In this document: positions 40,397 to 52,564 of the stretch, one piece after another | Layout of the letters: each line of letters starts with the position of its first letter | Position numbering within the stretch: position 1 is the first letter of the stretch | Source: Rhizobium sp. Q54 | Lineage (GTDB): Bacteria; Pseudomonadota; Alphaproteobacteria; UBA2966; CAIVPW01 | Direction of reading: 5' to 3' | DNA: 64,000 nt | NCBI GenBank assembly: GCA_945889645.1 | Contig: CAMDCA010000005.1 | Span: forward strand, 7,728 to 71,727 | Translations under genes and position numbers: made by a program | The notes under the pieces: generated by a model | The model's input: only the letters and a program-made list of their open reading frames with translations | The model's database searches: none | What the model was told of the DNA's origin: nothing

Positions 40397-41022
40397 CGAC
40401 CGCTGCCCATCCGCACCCTCAAAATTCGAGCGCCGTGACCACCCGCGTCGAGTGGCTGACCCACTTCGCCGGCACCGACCTGCAGGACCTGTGTGCCGCG
40501 ACCGAGCAGGCGATTCTGGACGGCAACGGCTTCGGCTGGCTGAAGGCACCGCCGCGCGACAAGCTGGAGTCGTATTGGCGCGGTGTCCTCTTGGTGCCCG
40601 AGCGCGACCTTGTGGTGGCACGCTATGACGGCACCATCGTCGGCTCCGCCCAGCTGGTGCGGCCGCCCGCCAACAACGAGGCCCAGGCCTTCGCGGCGCA
40701 GGTGACGACGTTCTTCGTCGCCCCGTTCGCGCGCGGCCATGGCTTGGCCCACGGCCTGCTCGACGCCATCGACGTGCGCGCCGCCGAGCGCGGCTTCGAG
40801 GCCATTGAGCTCAACGTGCGCGACACGCAAAAGGCCGCCATCGCGTTGTACGAGAAGTGCGGCTACGTGCGCTGGGCCACTAAGAAGAAGTACGCCAAGG
40901 TCAACGCCGCCTTCGTCGTCGGCCACTACTACGCCAAAGAAGTCGTCCCGTCGCAATCGACCGCGACCGGCGCTGCAACGGATTCCGACTCAAAGGTCGC
41001 TCGTATGGCGCGCCGGCGGTGA
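40384..41022 (+). CDS. GNAT-family N-acetyltransferase inserted between hisH and hisA
   Basis: Acetyl-CoA motif A region ([15 protein letters not shown]) and C-terminal region. Start overlaps the hisH stop. Confidence 0.7.
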   Translation: MATVTTAAHPHPQNSSAVTTRVEWLTHFAGTDLQDLCAATEQAILDGNGFGWLKAPPRDKLESYWRGVLLVPERDLVVARYDGTIVGSAQLVRPPANNEAQAFAAQVTTFFVAPFARGHGLAHGLLDAIDVRAAERGFEAIELNVRDTQKAAIALYEKCGYVRWATKKKYAKVNAAFVVGHYYAKEVVPSQSTATGAATDSDSKVARMARRR

Positions 41023-41756
41023 TTCTCTATCCGGCCATCGACCTGAAGGATGGCCATTGCGTCCGCCTGGTGCGCGGCGACATGGAGCAGGCGACCGTGT
41101 TCAACACGGACCCCGGCGCCCAGGCCCAGATCTTTGCCAGCCAGGGCTTCGCGTGGATTCATGTCGTTGACCTGAACGGCGCGTTCTCCGGCAAGCCGGT
41201 GAACGCTGCTGCCGTGGACTCCGTACTCGAGGCGACGCACCTAAAGATTCAGCTGGGCGGCGGCATCCGCACCCTCGCCGCGATCGAAGGCTGGCTCGAC
41301 AAGGGCGTCGCCCGTGTCGTGCTCGGCACTGTGGCTCTGCGCGACCCGGCCCTGGTGCGCGACGCATGCACGCGCTGGCCCGGCAAGGTCGCGGTCGGTG
41401 TAGACGCGCGCGCCGGCCACGTCGCGGTCGAAGGCTGGGCGGAAAGCTCCGACATCACCGTGCTCGCGCTGGCGCGGCAATTCGACGACGCCGGCGTCGC
41501 CGCCATCATTCACACCGACATCGATCGTGACGGCGCCATGCGCGGCCTCAACGTCGAAGCGACGGTCGAACTCGCGCGCTCCATCTCCACGCCGGTGATC
41601 GCCAGCGGCGGCGTCTCCAGCATCGACGACCTGCGCCGCCTGAAATGGGCCCGCGCGCAGGGGCGCGCGCCCGGCATCGCCGGCGTCATCGCCGGCCGCG
41701 CGCTGTACGACGGCCGGGTCGATGCAACCGCGGCACTGGCGCTGCTGGCGGACTGA
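41019..41756 (+). CDS. hisA: ProFAR isomerase
   Basis: [12 protein letters not shown]-terminal motif. GTG start overlaps the GNAT stop. Confidence 0.9.
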   Translation: MILYPAIDLKDGHCVRLVRGDMEQATVFNTDPGAQAQIFASQGFAWIHVVDLNGAFSGKPVNAAAVDSVLEATHLKIQLGGGIRTLAAIEGWLDKGVARVVLGTVALRDPALVRDACTRWPGKVAVGVDARAGHVAVEGWAESSDITVLALARQFDDAGVAAIIHTDIDRDGAMRGLNVEATVELARSISTPVIASGGVSSIDDLRRLKWARAQGRAPGIAGVIAGRALYDGRVDATAALALLAD

Positions 41757-41757
41757 C

Positions 41758-42516
41758 GTGCTCAAGCCGCGCATCATCCCGTGCCTCGACGTACATAACG
41801 GGCGCGTCGTGAAGGGCATCAACTTCGTCAACCTGCGCGATGCCGGCGATCCGGTCGAACAGGCGCGCGTCTACGACGCCCAAGGCGCCGACGAACTCTG
41901 CTTCCTCGACATCAGCGCCAGCCATGAACAGCGCGACACGCTGCTCGACGTCGTCTCGCGCACTGCCGAGGTGTGCTTCATGCCGCTCACCGTAGGGGGC
42001 GGCGTGCGCACCTCTGCTGACGTACGCACGCTGTTGCTGGCCGGCGCCGACAAGGTGTCGTTCAACACCGCCGCCGTCGCCAAGCCCGAAGTCGTCTCTG
42101 ATGCGGCCGAGAAATTCGGCAGCCAATGCATCGTCGTCGCCATCGACGCGCGGCGCACCGGCGGCGACAAGTGGGAGGTCTTCACCCACGGCGGCCGCAA
42201 GGGCACCGGTCTCGACGCCATCGAGTGGGCCCAGCGCGTCGTCAGCCTTGGCGCCGGGGAGATTCTCCTCACCTCGATGGACCGCGACGGAACCCGCTCC
42301 GGCTACGACCTGGAGCTCACCCGCACCATCGCCGACAGCGTGCGCGTACCGGTGATCGCTTCCGGCGGCGTCGGCGGCGTCGCCCACCTGCTCGAAGGCA
42401 TCCGCGACGGCCACGCCTCCGCCGTCCTGGCCGCCTCGATCTTCCACTTCGGCGAAATCGCCATCCCCGCCGCCAAGCAATACCTGGCGGCCCACGGCGT
42501 TCCGGTGCGCGTCTAA
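41758..42516 (+). CDS. hisF: Imidazole glycerol phosphate synthase, cyclase subunit
   Basis: RIIPCLDV N-terminal motif. GTG start 2 nt after the hisA stop. The longer 41722 start is rejected. Confidence 0.9.
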   Translation: MLKPRIIPCLDVHNGRVVKGINFVNLRDAGDPVEQARVYDAQGADELCFLDISASHEQRDTLLDVVSRTAEVCFMPLTVGGGVRTSADVRTLLLAGADKVSFNTAAVAKPEVVSDAAEKFGSQCIVVAIDARRTGGDKWEVFTHGGRKGTGLDAIEWAQRVVSLGAGEILLTSMDRDGTRSGYDLELTRTIADSVRVPVIASGGVGGVAHLLEGIRDGHASAVLAASIFHFGEIAIPAAKQYLAAHGVPVRV

Positions 42517-42540
42517 CCCACGAACCACCACAATAAGAAG

Positions 42541-42600
42541 CCCTCCCCCGTCGCGCCGAAGGCGCGCTCCCCGCGTGACGCGGGGGAGGGTTGGGGTGGG
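42541..42600. repeat. REP-like nested palindromic element in the hisF-hisE spacer
   Basis: CCCTCCCCCG ... CGGGGGAGGG is a perfect 10-bp inverted repeat. It encloses two smaller palindromes (CGCGCC-GAAG-GCGCGC and CCCCGCG-TGA-CGCGGGG). Confidence 0.4.
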
Positions 42601-42688
42601 GGGTCGCCCCGCACGGCGGGGGCTGAACACCTCCCGATCTCTATGCCCGGCCATCCACGCGCTGCCGAAATCATGCGAAACTGACCGC

Positions 42689-43009
42689 ATGTCCTCGTCC
42701 ATCCTCGACCGCATCTTCGCCACCATCCTGTCGCGCAAGACCGCGGACCCGGCGAAAAGCCACACCGCCGCGCTGTTCGCCAAAGGCCACGGCGCCGTCG
42801 CGCGCAAGGTCGGCGAAGAAGCCACCGAGACTGTGGTGGCGGCGATGGAAGGCAATCGTGCGGCGACCGTCAGCGAAAGCGCCGACCTGCTGTTTCACCT
42901 GATGGTGCTGTGGGCCGACCACGGCATCACGCCCGCCGACGTGTTCGCCGAGCTGGAACGCCGCGAAGGCACGTCCGGCGTCGCCGAAAAAGCATCCCGT
43001 CCCCGCTAG
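42689..43009 (+). CDS. hisE: Phosphoribosyl-ATP pyrophosphatase
   Basis: ILDRIFATI...KSHTAALFAKG...EEATE motifs (MazG-like HisE). Confidence 0.85.
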   Translation: MSSSILDRIFATILSRKTADPAKSHTAALFAKGHGAVARKVGEEATETVVAAMEGNRAATVSESADLLFHLMVLWADHGITPADVFAELERREGTSGVAEKASRPR

Positions 43010-43021
43010 CCGAGAGTTCGC

Positions 43022-43384
43022 ATGGCCTACGACGACAACAACGTGTTCGCCAAAATCCTGCGCGGCGAAATCCCCAGCAAGAAGGTCTACGAGGACACCC
43101 ACGCCCTCGCCTTCTACGACATCCACCCGGCGCGCCCGGTGCATGTGCTGGTGATCCCCAAGGGCAAGTACGCCGACTTCACCGACTTCACGGCGCGCGC
43201 CTCGGCCGCCGAACAGACCGGTTTCAACAAGGCGGTCGTCGCCGCCGCGAAAGCGGCCGGCGTGATCGAGCCCGGCTACCGCCTAGTCGCCAACACCGGC
43301 GTCAACGGCGGCCAGGAGGTCCCGCACTTCCACGTGCACATCCTCGGCGGCGCCCACGTCGGCCCGATGGTGGCGCGCAGCTAG
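43022..43384 (+). CDS. HIT-family (histidine triad) hydrolase
   Basis: HVHVHILGG triad. Conserved downstream of hisE. Confidence 0.85.
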   Translation: MAYDDNNVFAKILRGEIPSKKVYEDTHALAFYDIHPARPVHVLVIPKGKYADFTDFTARASAAEQTGFNKAVVAAAKAAGVIEPGYRLVANTGVNGGQEVPHFHVHILGGAHVGPMVARS

Positions 43385-43544
43385 GCGCCCTTGACACGGG
43401 ACGTATCGCGCTTAGATACCTAACGTGTCAGCAGCGAACCCCGCTCACCAGATTGTCATCTGCGTATTTCCCGCGTATTTAGGCGGGGGGACGCAACACC
43501 TGGCCGGCCATTCACCACAGAGTGTAGCGCGTTGCCGTCGGCGG

Positions 43545-44543
43545 CTAGGCCACCCCAAGGTGTCGCTGCATAAGCTCCGGCAACGGCCGCTCGGGGCGGG
43601 CGCCGAAGTGGCTGATGACTTCGGCCGCGGCGATGGCGCCCATGCGGCCGGCCGTCTCCAGGCTGCGTCCGCGCAGATAGCCGAACAGGAATCCGGCGGC
43701 GTACAGGTCGCCGGCCCCGGTGGTGTCCACCACCGGGGCGATGCGCTCGGCGGCGACCTTCGCCGTCTCCTGGCCCCGTACGATGACGGCGCCGTTCTCC
43801 GAGCGGGTCAAGGCGGCGACCTCGACGTGGGCGCGCACCATCGTCACCGCTTCCTCGAACTGCTTCACCTCGTACAGCGCGGTGATCTCTGCCTCGTTGG
43901 CGAACAGGATATCAACGCGCTGCTCGATCAGCTCGCGGAACTCGGCGCGCCAGCGGCTGACGCAGAACGAATCGGACAGCGAGAACGCGACCTTGGCGCC
44001 GTTGGCGCGCGCGATGTCGGACGCCTTGCGCAACGCCTCCTTGGCGTTGGGCCGGTCCCACAGATAACCTTCCAGGTACAGGACGCGGGTGTTGCTCAAC
44101 AGCTTGGCGTCCACGTCGTTGGGGCCAAGCTCGATCGACGCGCCCAGGTACGTATTCATGGTGCGCTGCGCGTCCGGCGTCACCAGGATGTAGCAACGTC
44201 CCGTGCCGGGTCCGCTCTTGGCCATTGCCGTGGTGAACGCTACGCCACCGGATTTCAGGTCGTGGGCGTATACCGCGCCAAGCTGGTCGTCCTTCACCTT
44301 GCCGATGAAGCCGCACTTGGCGCCGAGCGACGCGAGCCCCGCAATCGTATTCGCCGCCGAACCGCCCGAGACTTCCACCGCCGGACCCATGTCGGCGTAC
44401 AACGCCTCGGCCTGGGCGGTGTCGATCAGCGTCATCGCCCCCTTGGTCAGCTTGTGGCGCTGGATGAAGGCCTCGTCTGCATGGCACAGCACGTCGACGA
44501 TGGCATTGCCGATGGCGACGACCTCGAACTGCTTCTCTGGCAT
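43545..44543 (-). CDS. PfkB-family carbohydrate/nucleoside kinase (adenosine kinase-like)
   Basis: GG...N motifs: N-terminal VVAIGNAIVDV and C-terminal DTTGAGDLYAAGFLFG. Confidence 0.8.
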   Translation of the reverse strand: MPEKQFEVVAIGNAIVDVLCHADEAFIQRHKLTKGAMTLIDTAQAEALYADMGPAVEVSGGSAANTIAGLASLGAKCGFIGKVKDDQLGAVYAHDLKSGGVAFTTAMAKSGPGTGRCYILVTPDAQRTMNTYLGASIELGPNDVDAKLLSNTRVLYLEGYLWDRPNAKEALRKASDIARANGAKVAFSLSDSFCVSRWRAEFRELIEQRVDILFANEAEITALYEVKQFEEAVTMVRAHVEVAALTRSENGAVIVRGQETAKVAAERIAPVVDTTGAGDLYAAGFLFGYLRGRSLETAGRMGAIAAAEVISHFGARPERPLPELMQRHLGVA

Positions 44544-44632
44544 GGAGCCCCCTGCCGGGCGCGCACGACGGTTCGTGGCGGCAACGGCGGGCGCAGTATA
44601 GAAAGCGTGTTCCGCGACACAAGGATGGCCGC

Positions 44633-45304
44633 ATGACCCTGCTCGCCGCCTTCCGCCTTGCCCTTCAAGACCTGCGCGCGCCCGAGGCGCGGCGCGTGCT
44701 GTGGCGCTCGGTCGGCCTCAGCGTCGCGGTGTTCGGTGTCCTTGCCGTCGGCGTGCAGGCCGGCATCGGGGCCTTGACCGGCGATCAGGCTGGCTGGATT
44801 CGGACCCTGCTCGACATCCTCGGTGGCCTGGCCACGCTGGCGGTCGTGTGGATTGTGTTCCCCAGCGTCGCGACATTCTTCGCCGGCGCGATGCTCGACG
44901 GCCTGGTCGGCGGCGTCGAGCAGCGGCACTACCCGCGCCAGGACGCGACCGGATCGTCGTGGAGCGAAAGTCTCGCCGCCAGTGCGCGCTTCGCCTTGGT
45001 GGCTATCGCGCTCAACCTTGTTCTGTTGCCGATGTACATCGGCCTGCTGTTCGTGCCGCCGCTGGCGCCGGTGGCCTTCTTCTCGGTCAATGGCTATCTT
45101 CTCTGCCGCGAGTACTTCGAGCTCGTGGCCCTGCGCCACCTCGACCCGCGCGCCCTGGCCGCACTCCGCAAGCAACACGGTGGACGATTGTTTCTCGCTG
45201 GTGTGATCCTCGCGCTTCTGTTCGCCGTGCCGGTCGTCAACCTGTTCGCACCGGTGCTCGGCGCTGCCGCGATGGTGCACGTCTTTCACGGGCTCAAGCG
45301 ATGA
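44633..45304 (+). CDS. EI24/CysZ-like integral membrane protein
   Basis: 4-5 predicted TM helices. Pattern similar to the etoposide-induced 2.4 / CysZ family. Tentative. Confidence 0.55.
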   Translation: MTLLAAFRLALQDLRAPEARRVLWRSVGLSVAVFGVLAVGVQAGIGALTGDQAGWIRTLLDILGGLATLAVVWIVFPSVATFFAGAMLDGLVGGVEQRHYPRQDATGSSWSESLAASARFALVAIALNLVLLPMYIGLLFVPPLAPVAFFSVNGYLLCREYFELVALRHLDPRALAALRKQHGGRLFLAGVILALLFAVPVVNLFAPVLGAAAMVHVFHGLKR

Positions 45305-45804
45305 TCGCGCGCGCGGGCGCACTGGGCGCACTGGGCGCGCTGCTGCTGCTGGGCGCGTGCGTCGTCGAGCCGTTGCCGGCGCCGGCGCCGCCGGTCGCCA
45401 CGCTGCGGCCCGCCGCCCCGGTGCAGACCGCGCCGCAGGCTCCGGTCATCCCGGCGCCCGAACCCGCACCGGCTCCGCAGCAGGTCGCGGTCGCGCTTCC
45501 GCCGCCACCACCGGCCGTCGCTGTGCCCAAGCCGCCGCAGACTCTCAATCCACCGGACCTCATCGGCCGCGCCCGCACCGACGTCGTCGCGTTGCTCGGT
45601 GCGCCCGACACGGCGCGCACCGAGGCGCGCGCCGAAGTCCTGCTCTACCAGGGCACCAGCTGCACGTTGTTTGTGTTTGTCTATGAACCCGTCGGCGGTG
45701 GCGCCGCGCGTGCCGAGCACGTCGAGGTCGGACCGCGCACGCGCGATGTCAGCCGCGACCCCGCTTGCCTGACCGGACTTTTGCAGCGCGTCGCTGCGAA
45801 CTAG
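45301..45804 (+). CDS. Pro-rich lipoprotein (possibly BamE/SmpA-like)
   Basis: ATG overlaps the upstream stop. Lipobox LLLGAC, followed by an AP-rich linker and a small folded C-terminal domain. Confidence 0.5.
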   Translation: MIARAGALGALGALLLLGACVVEPLPAPAPPVATLRPAAPVQTAPQAPVIPAPEPAPAPQQVAVALPPPPPAVAVPKPPQTLNPPDLIGRARTDVVALLGAPDTARTEARAEVLLYQGTSCTLFVFVYEPVGGGAARAEHVEVGPRTRDVSRDPACLTGLLQRVAAN

Positions 45805-46504
45805 GCGTCTGCTTGTCGCGCTGGCGGGACTTCACCGCCGGTTTGGCGCGCGGAGTCACGCTGGCCGGTGTCGGCGGGGTCTTGTCCTTGAACGCACAGA
45901 GCTCCGCCACGGGGCAGATCGGACACTTCGGCAGGCGCGCGACGCAGGTGTAGCGGCCGTGCAGAATGAGCCAGTGGTGCGCGCCCATCTTCCACTTGTC
46001 GGGCACGACCTCGTCCAGCGCCGCCTCGACCGCCATGACGTCCTTGCCGGGCGCCAGGCCGGTGCGGTTGGAGACGCGGAACACGTGCGTGTCCACCGCG
46101 ATGGTCGGGTGGCCGAACAGCGTGTTCAGCACGACGTTGGCGGTCTTGCGTCCGGCGCCGGGCAGCTCCTGCAGCGCATCGCGATCCGCCGGCACCTCGC
46201 CGCCGTGGCGATCGACCAGCATCTGGCTCAGCGCCGCCAGGTTCTTGGCCTTGGTGCGGTACAAGCCGATGGTCTTGATGTACGGCAGGATTCCGGCGGG
46301 GCCGAGGTCCGCCATCTTGGCCGGCGTGTTGGCCGCCTTGAACAGGGCCGGCGTCGCCTTGTTGACCGAGGTGTCGGTGGCCTGGGCCGACAGCATCACG
46401 GCCGCCAACAGGGTGAACGGGCTGCTGTACCGTAGCTCCGTCTTGGGGTCGGGGTTGCGCGCCGCCAGGCGGGCGAAAAACTCATCGATTTGGGCAACGT
46501 TCAT
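45749..46504 (-). CDS. nth: Endonuclease III
   Basis: HhH-GPD motif (LPGAGRKTANVVL); 4Fe-4S cluster CVARLPKCPICPVAELC. Basic C-terminal tail overlaps the convergent lipoprotein gene. Confidence 0.9.
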   Translation of the reverse strand: MNVAQIDEFFARLAARNPDPKTELRYSSPFTLLAAVMLSAQATDTSVNKATPALFKAANTPAKMADLGPAGILPYIKTIGLYRTKAKNLAALSQMLVDRHGGEVPADRDALQELPGAGRKTANVVLNTLFGHPTIAVDTHVFRVSNRTGLAPGKDVMAVEAALDEVVPDKWKMGAHHWLILHGRYTCVARLPKCPICPVAELCAFKDKTPPTPASVTPRAKPAVKSRQRDKQTPSSQRRAAKVRSGKRGRG

Positions 46505-46571
46505 GCCCGGGTTTGTACTCCCTTTGTGATGCCGGAGCCCATTGCCGCCGCGCGTGGCGCGCGGCTAGCAT

Positions 46572-47069
46572 TTGCCCATGGCGAAGCCCACCCTCAGCGA
46601 CGAGCTTCTGTTCGATGCGGTTCTGCGGCCGCATCGCTCGCTCAGCAAGCCCGGATTCCTGATCCTGATGGGCTTCATCGCCGTGGTCAGCTTCGCCTCC
46701 GGCATGCTGTTCCTGCTGCAAGGCGCCTGGCCGGTGATGGGCTTCTTTGGCCTCGAGGTCGGGCTGGTCTACGTCGCCTTCAAGATGAACTACCGTGCCA
46801 GCAAGCTGTTCGAGACGGTGCAGCTCGACACTTCGCAACTGCTGGTGCGCCGCATCGACCCCAAGGGCCGCGCCGCCTCGTGGAGCTTCCAGCCGAACTG
46901 GCTGCGGGTGGCGATGGACGACCCGCCCGAGCACGAAAGCCAGTTGACCCTGACGACCCACGGCCGCTCGCTGACCATCGGCGCGTTCCTCACACCAGAG
47001 GAGCGCCTGCAGATCGCGCAGGAGTTGCGCGCCGCTCTGGCGCACTGGCGCCAGCAGCCCGTTACCTAG
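46572..47069 (+). CDS. DUF2244 integral membrane protein
   Basis: Two TM helices followed by the conserved W.F.PNWLRV motif. Confidence 0.55.
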   Translation: MPMAKPTLSDELLFDAVLRPHRSLSKPGFLILMGFIAVVSFASGMLFLLQGAWPVMGFFGLEVGLVYVAFKMNYRASKLFETVQLDTSQLLVRRIDPKGRAASWSFQPNWLRVAMDDPPEHESQLTLTTHGRSLTIGAFLTPEERLQIAQELRAALAHWRQQPVT

Positions 47070-47131
47070 GCCCGTTACCTAGGAATGATTGCGCCGACGC
47101 TATCGCCGGCGGTGCCTAGCGCGCCGAGGAC

Positions 47132-47944
47132 CTAATCCTTGAGGCCGAGCACGTCGGCCATGCCGTACATGCCGGGCGCCTTGCCCTTGACCCAGCGCGC
47201 GGCGGCGATGGCGCCTTCGGCGAAGATGTCGCGCGAGGTGGCGCGGTGGGTCAACTCGATGCGTTCGCGGTCGGACGTGAAGATGACGCTGTGGTCGCCG
47301 ACCACCATGCCGCCGCGCAGCACCGCGTAGCCAATGTCGCCGCGCTTGCGGGCGCCCTCGCGCGAATTCATGACCGCGACGCGATCGTGCGTCTGGCCGC
47401 GGCCCTCGGCGATGGCGTTGCCGAGCGCCTTGGCGGTGCCGGACGGCGCGTCGATCTTGCGGCGGTGGTGCATCTCCAGCACTTCGGCATCGAACGACAG
47501 GTCGAGTGCGGCCGCGGCCTTGCGGGTCAGCGCCAACAACAGGTTCACGCCGACGCTCATGTTGGCGGAGCGCACGATGGCGGTGCGCTTGGCGGCGGTC
47601 AGCACGGCGCGATCTTCTTCGGCGCTGGCGCCCGTCGTGCCGACGACATAGGCGATGCGGGAGTCGGCTGCGAGCTTGGCGTGCTGCACCAGCGCCGCCG
47701 GCGTGGTGAAATCCAGCACGACCTCGCTGGCCGCAAACAGCGCCGCGGCATCGGCGACAATCGCCACGCCAAGCGCGCCGACACCGGACGGCTCACCGAC
47801 ATCGCGCCCGACCCATTCGCTCCCGGATCGCTCGGTGCCGCCGGCAACCTGGGTGCCTGGCGTCGCGGCAATAGCCCGCACCAGCGCCTGGCCCATGCGG
47901 CCGGCGCAGCCCAGCACACCAATCTTGAGGGGGGTTGCGGTCAT
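47132..47944 (-). CDS. dapB: 4-hydroxy-tetrahydrodipicolinate reductase
   Basis: [14 protein letters not shown] motif; the [15 protein letters not shown] catalytic region. Confidence 0.9.
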   Translation of the reverse strand: MTATPLKIGVLGCAGRMGQALVRAIAATPGTQVAGGTERSGSEWVGRDVGEPSGVGALGVAIVADAAALFAASEVVLDFTTPAALVQHAKLAADSRIAYVVGTTGASAEEDRAVLTAAKRTAIVRSANMSVGVNLLLALTRKAAAALDLSFDAEVLEMHHRRKIDAPSGTAKALGNAIAEGRGQTHDRVAVMNSREGARKRGDIGYAVLRGGMVVGDHSVIFTSDRERIELTHRATSRDIFAEGAIAAARWVKGKAPGMYGMADVLGLKD

Positions 47945-49077
47945 CCCTTCAGGTCGTCCCAGAATTCCTTGAGCTTGTCCAGGAAGCCCTGGGACTCCGG
48001 ACTGGTGGTGCGCGCCTCGCCCGCCTCGGCGAACTGGCGCAGCAGCTCTTCCTGCTTCTTGTTGAGGTTCATCGGCGTCTCGACCATGGCGTGGACCATC
48101 AGGTCGCCGGCGCCGTCATTCTGCCGCATCGACGGCATGCCCTTGCCCTTCAGGCGGAACTGCTTGCCTGACTGCGTGCCGGCCGTCACCGCGACCTTGG
48201 CACGGCCGCCATCGAGAGCCGGTACTTCGATGCTGCCGCCGAGCGCTGCGGTGGTCATCGGAATGGGCGCGCGCACGTGGAGGTTCTTGCCGTCGCGCTG
48301 GAACAGGCGATGCGCCGACACCGTCAGGAAGATGTACAGGTCGCCGGGTGGTCCGCCGCGGATGCCGGTCTCGCCCTCGCCGGCGAGGCGGATGCGCGTG
48401 CCGTCCTCGACACCCGACGGAATCTGCACGGAGAGATTCTTCTCTTTGCGCACGCGTCCGGTGCCGCCGCACGCGCGGCACGGGCTCTTGATGACCTGCC
48501 CGGCGCCGTTGCAGCCGGGGCAGGTGCGCTCGATGGTGAAGAAACCCTGTTGCGCGCGCACGCGGCCGACGCCGTTGCAGGTGGGGCACGCCGATGGGCG
48601 CGAGTCGCCTTCGGCGCCGGTGCCGCTGCACTTCTCGCACGACGCCGCGGTGGGCACGCGAATCTGGGTGGCGCGGCCGTGGAATGCGTCCTCGAGGGTG
48701 ATTTCCAGATTGAAGCGCATGTCGGCGCCGCGCGTGCGGGCATTGCCAGCGCGCTGGCGGCCGCGAAACTCGCCGAACAAATCGTCGAACACATCGGCGA
48801 ACGAGGTGCCGAAGCCCGCCGCGAATCCGGCGAACGGCCCACCCTGGCCGCCGCTGTTGATGCCGGCGTGACCGAAGCGGTCATAGGCGGCGCGCTTCTC
48901 CTCGTCGGAGAGGACGTCGTACGCCTCGTTGACCTCTTTGAATTTCTGCTCCGCATCCTTGTCCGGGTTGCGGTCCGGATGCAGCTCCTTCGCCAGGCGG
49001 CGATAGGCCTTTTTGAGGTCGTCGCTCGACGCACCGCGCTCGACGCCCAAGAGTTCGTAGAAGTCTTTCGCGGCCAT
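47941..49077 (-). CDS. dnaJ: Chaperone DnaJ
   Basis: J domain (DFYELLGV...HPD), G/F-rich linker, and four CxxCxGxG zinc-finger repeats. Stop overlaps the dapB start. Confidence 0.95.
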   Translation of the reverse strand: MAAKDFYELLGVERGASSDDLKKAYRRLAKELHPDRNPDKDAEQKFKEVNEAYDVLSDEEKRAAYDRFGHAGINSGGQGGPFAGFAAGFGTSFADVFDDLFGEFRGRQRAGNARTRGADMRFNLEITLEDAFHGRATQIRVPTAASCEKCSGTGAEGDSRPSACPTCNGVGRVRAQQGFFTIERTCPGCNGAGQVIKSPCRACGGTGRVRKEKNLSVQIPSGVEDGTRIRLAGEGETGIRGGPPGDLYIFLTVSAHRLFQRDGKNLHVRAPIPMTTAALGGSIEVPALDGGRAKVAVTAGTQSGKQFRLKGKGMPSMRQNDGAGDLMVHAMVETPMNLNKKQEELLRQFAEAGEARTTSPESQGFLDKLKEFWDDLKG

Positions 49078-49200
49078 GTCGGTCAAATCATTACCACAGG
49101 GCGGGGTGGCGTTCTCCACCCGGCCGGAACGTAGCTCCGCCCTGGCCGGCGGTCAGCCGGAACCAGGGCGGAGTGGCCAGGGTGGAGTGGACAGTCGCGT

Positions 49201-51141
<1,941 letters not shown>

Positions 51142-51184
51142 TGCGTCCTCTTCTAGGTGGCAGGCCCGCGCGACCCGAATGGCG

Positions 51185-51228
51185 CCGTGGGGACCCCCGA
51201 TGTGTGCTTAGGGCGATATATAGGAAGG
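51185..51228 (-). promoter_or_regulatory. Putative sigma32-type promoter of dnaK
   Basis: Reverse strand reads ...GTTGCGG-N16-CCTATATAT, about 75 nt upstream of the dnaK ATG. The A/T-rich -10 is conspicuous in a 67% GC context. The -35 match is weak. Confidence 0.35.
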
Positions 51229-51525
51229 GTGGTGCCGCGCCGCAACGGCCGTTGCACCGGGGAAAGACCCCAAAGGGGCGTCCGCGAGGCCGGTCCCAGG
51301 CTGTTGCGGCCCCCTCCGGCCGGGCCTCCTCAGTGCCGAATCTTGCGCAGTTTTCTGCCCGTCTCGGGGTCACGAGAGGCACACGAAAGTTTTACACCCG
51401 TACTTGCTGGAACCATGGTCCCGTCTGCGCGGCTTGCGGCGCCGTTGCCTCCAGGGGCGCCGCAAACCGCAATACGAGGCGCGCCGGGATGGAAATCAGC
51501 GCGCCCTAGCCGAAAGGGACTCGAA

Positions 51526-51913
51526 CATGAAGAAGCTCACTATGGCGTTGGCAGGGGCGATTTTCGCACTGAGCGCGGGCGTCGCATCGGCCGCGCCGAT
51601 GGTTCAGTACGTGATGACCGCAGCCGGCAACGTGATGGCCGACACCAAGGGCATGGTTCTCTACACCTACGACCGTGACATGCCGGCCGTGTCCACCTGC
51701 ACCGGCGGCTGCTTGACCAACTGGCCGCTCTTCAAGGCGGCAGCGACCGACACCGCCGGCGGCGATTGGACGATCGTCACCCGCGCCGACAACGAGAAGG
51801 TGTGGGCCTACAAGGGCAAGCCCCTGTACTACTACGTGATGGACACCGCGCCGCGCGAGTCGAAGGGCGACCAGCCCACCGGCGTGTGGCACGCGATCCG
51901 TCAGGGTCAGTAG
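51526..51913 (+). CDS. Secreted protein of the PF03640-like 'secreted repeat of unknown function' family (COG4315)
   Basis: Signal peptide MKKLTMALAGAIFALSAGVASA. Conserved YTYDRD and the C.GGC..NWP motif. SD AAGGGAC upstream. Confidence 0.6.
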
Positions 51914-51938
51914 ACCCCGACACCGCTGCGATACAGCA

Positions 51939-51975
51939 CCGGCCGGGCCCGCAAGGGTCCGGCCGTTTGCTTTTG
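51939..51975 (+). terminator. Intrinsic terminator after the secreted-protein gene (abuts the grpE stop)
   Basis: GC-rich stem CGGCCGGGCCC/GGGUCCGGCCG (one mismatch) followed by UUUGCUUUUG. Confidence 0.5.
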
Positions 51976-51977
51976 TA

Positions 51978-52541
51978 TTAGTCGGGGGCCGGCGGCGGCG
52001 GGTTCGCCGGCGCCGCGCCGGCCTTGGCGATGCCGACCATGGCCGGACGCAGCAGGCGGCCGGCGATGACGAAGCCGGGCTGAATGACCTGCACCACAGT
52101 GCCGGCGTCCTTGCCGGTGTCCGGCACCTCGAACATCGCCTGGTGCAGGTTGGCGTCGAACTTCTGTCCCAGCGGCTCAACGATCTTCACGTTGAACTTC
52201 TCCAGCGTGCTGAGCAGCGAACGCTCGGTAAGCTCCACGCCTGCGACCAGCGCCTTGAGCTGCGCCGCGTCCGACTCGGCCGGTGCCTTGGCGCTATCCA
52301 GCGTGCGGCGCAGGTTGTCGGCGACCGCGACCACGTCGCGGGCGAAGTTGGTCACGGCGAATTTGGACGCTTCGTCGCGCTCGCGCTCGGCGCGGCGGCG
52401 CATGTTCTCCGCCTCGGCCAGTGCGCGCAGCAGCTTGTCCTTGAGCTCGGCAACCTGTTGCTCGGCGCTCGGGCCCGCTGGTTGCGCCGTCTCAGGCGCG
52501 GCGTCGCTTTCGTCGGGCGCCTGTGGTTCGCGCTCGTTCAT
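51978..52541 (-). CDS. grpE: Nucleotide exchange factor GrpE
   Basis: Coiled-coil N-terminus plus the GrpE C-terminal signature (VVQVIQPGF..GRLLRPAMV). Confidence 0.9.
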   Translation of the reverse strand: MNEREPQAPDESDAAPETAQPAGPSAEQQVAELKDKLLRALAEAENMRRRAERERDEASKFAVTNFARDVVAVADNLRRTLDSAKAPAESDAAQLKALVAGVELTERSLLSTLEKFNVKIVEPLGQKFDANLHQAMFEVPDTGKDAGTVVQVIQPGFVIAGRLLRPAMVGIAKAGAAPANPPPPAPD

Positions 52542-52564
52542 AGACCTCGTTCCTTCTCGCTAGT

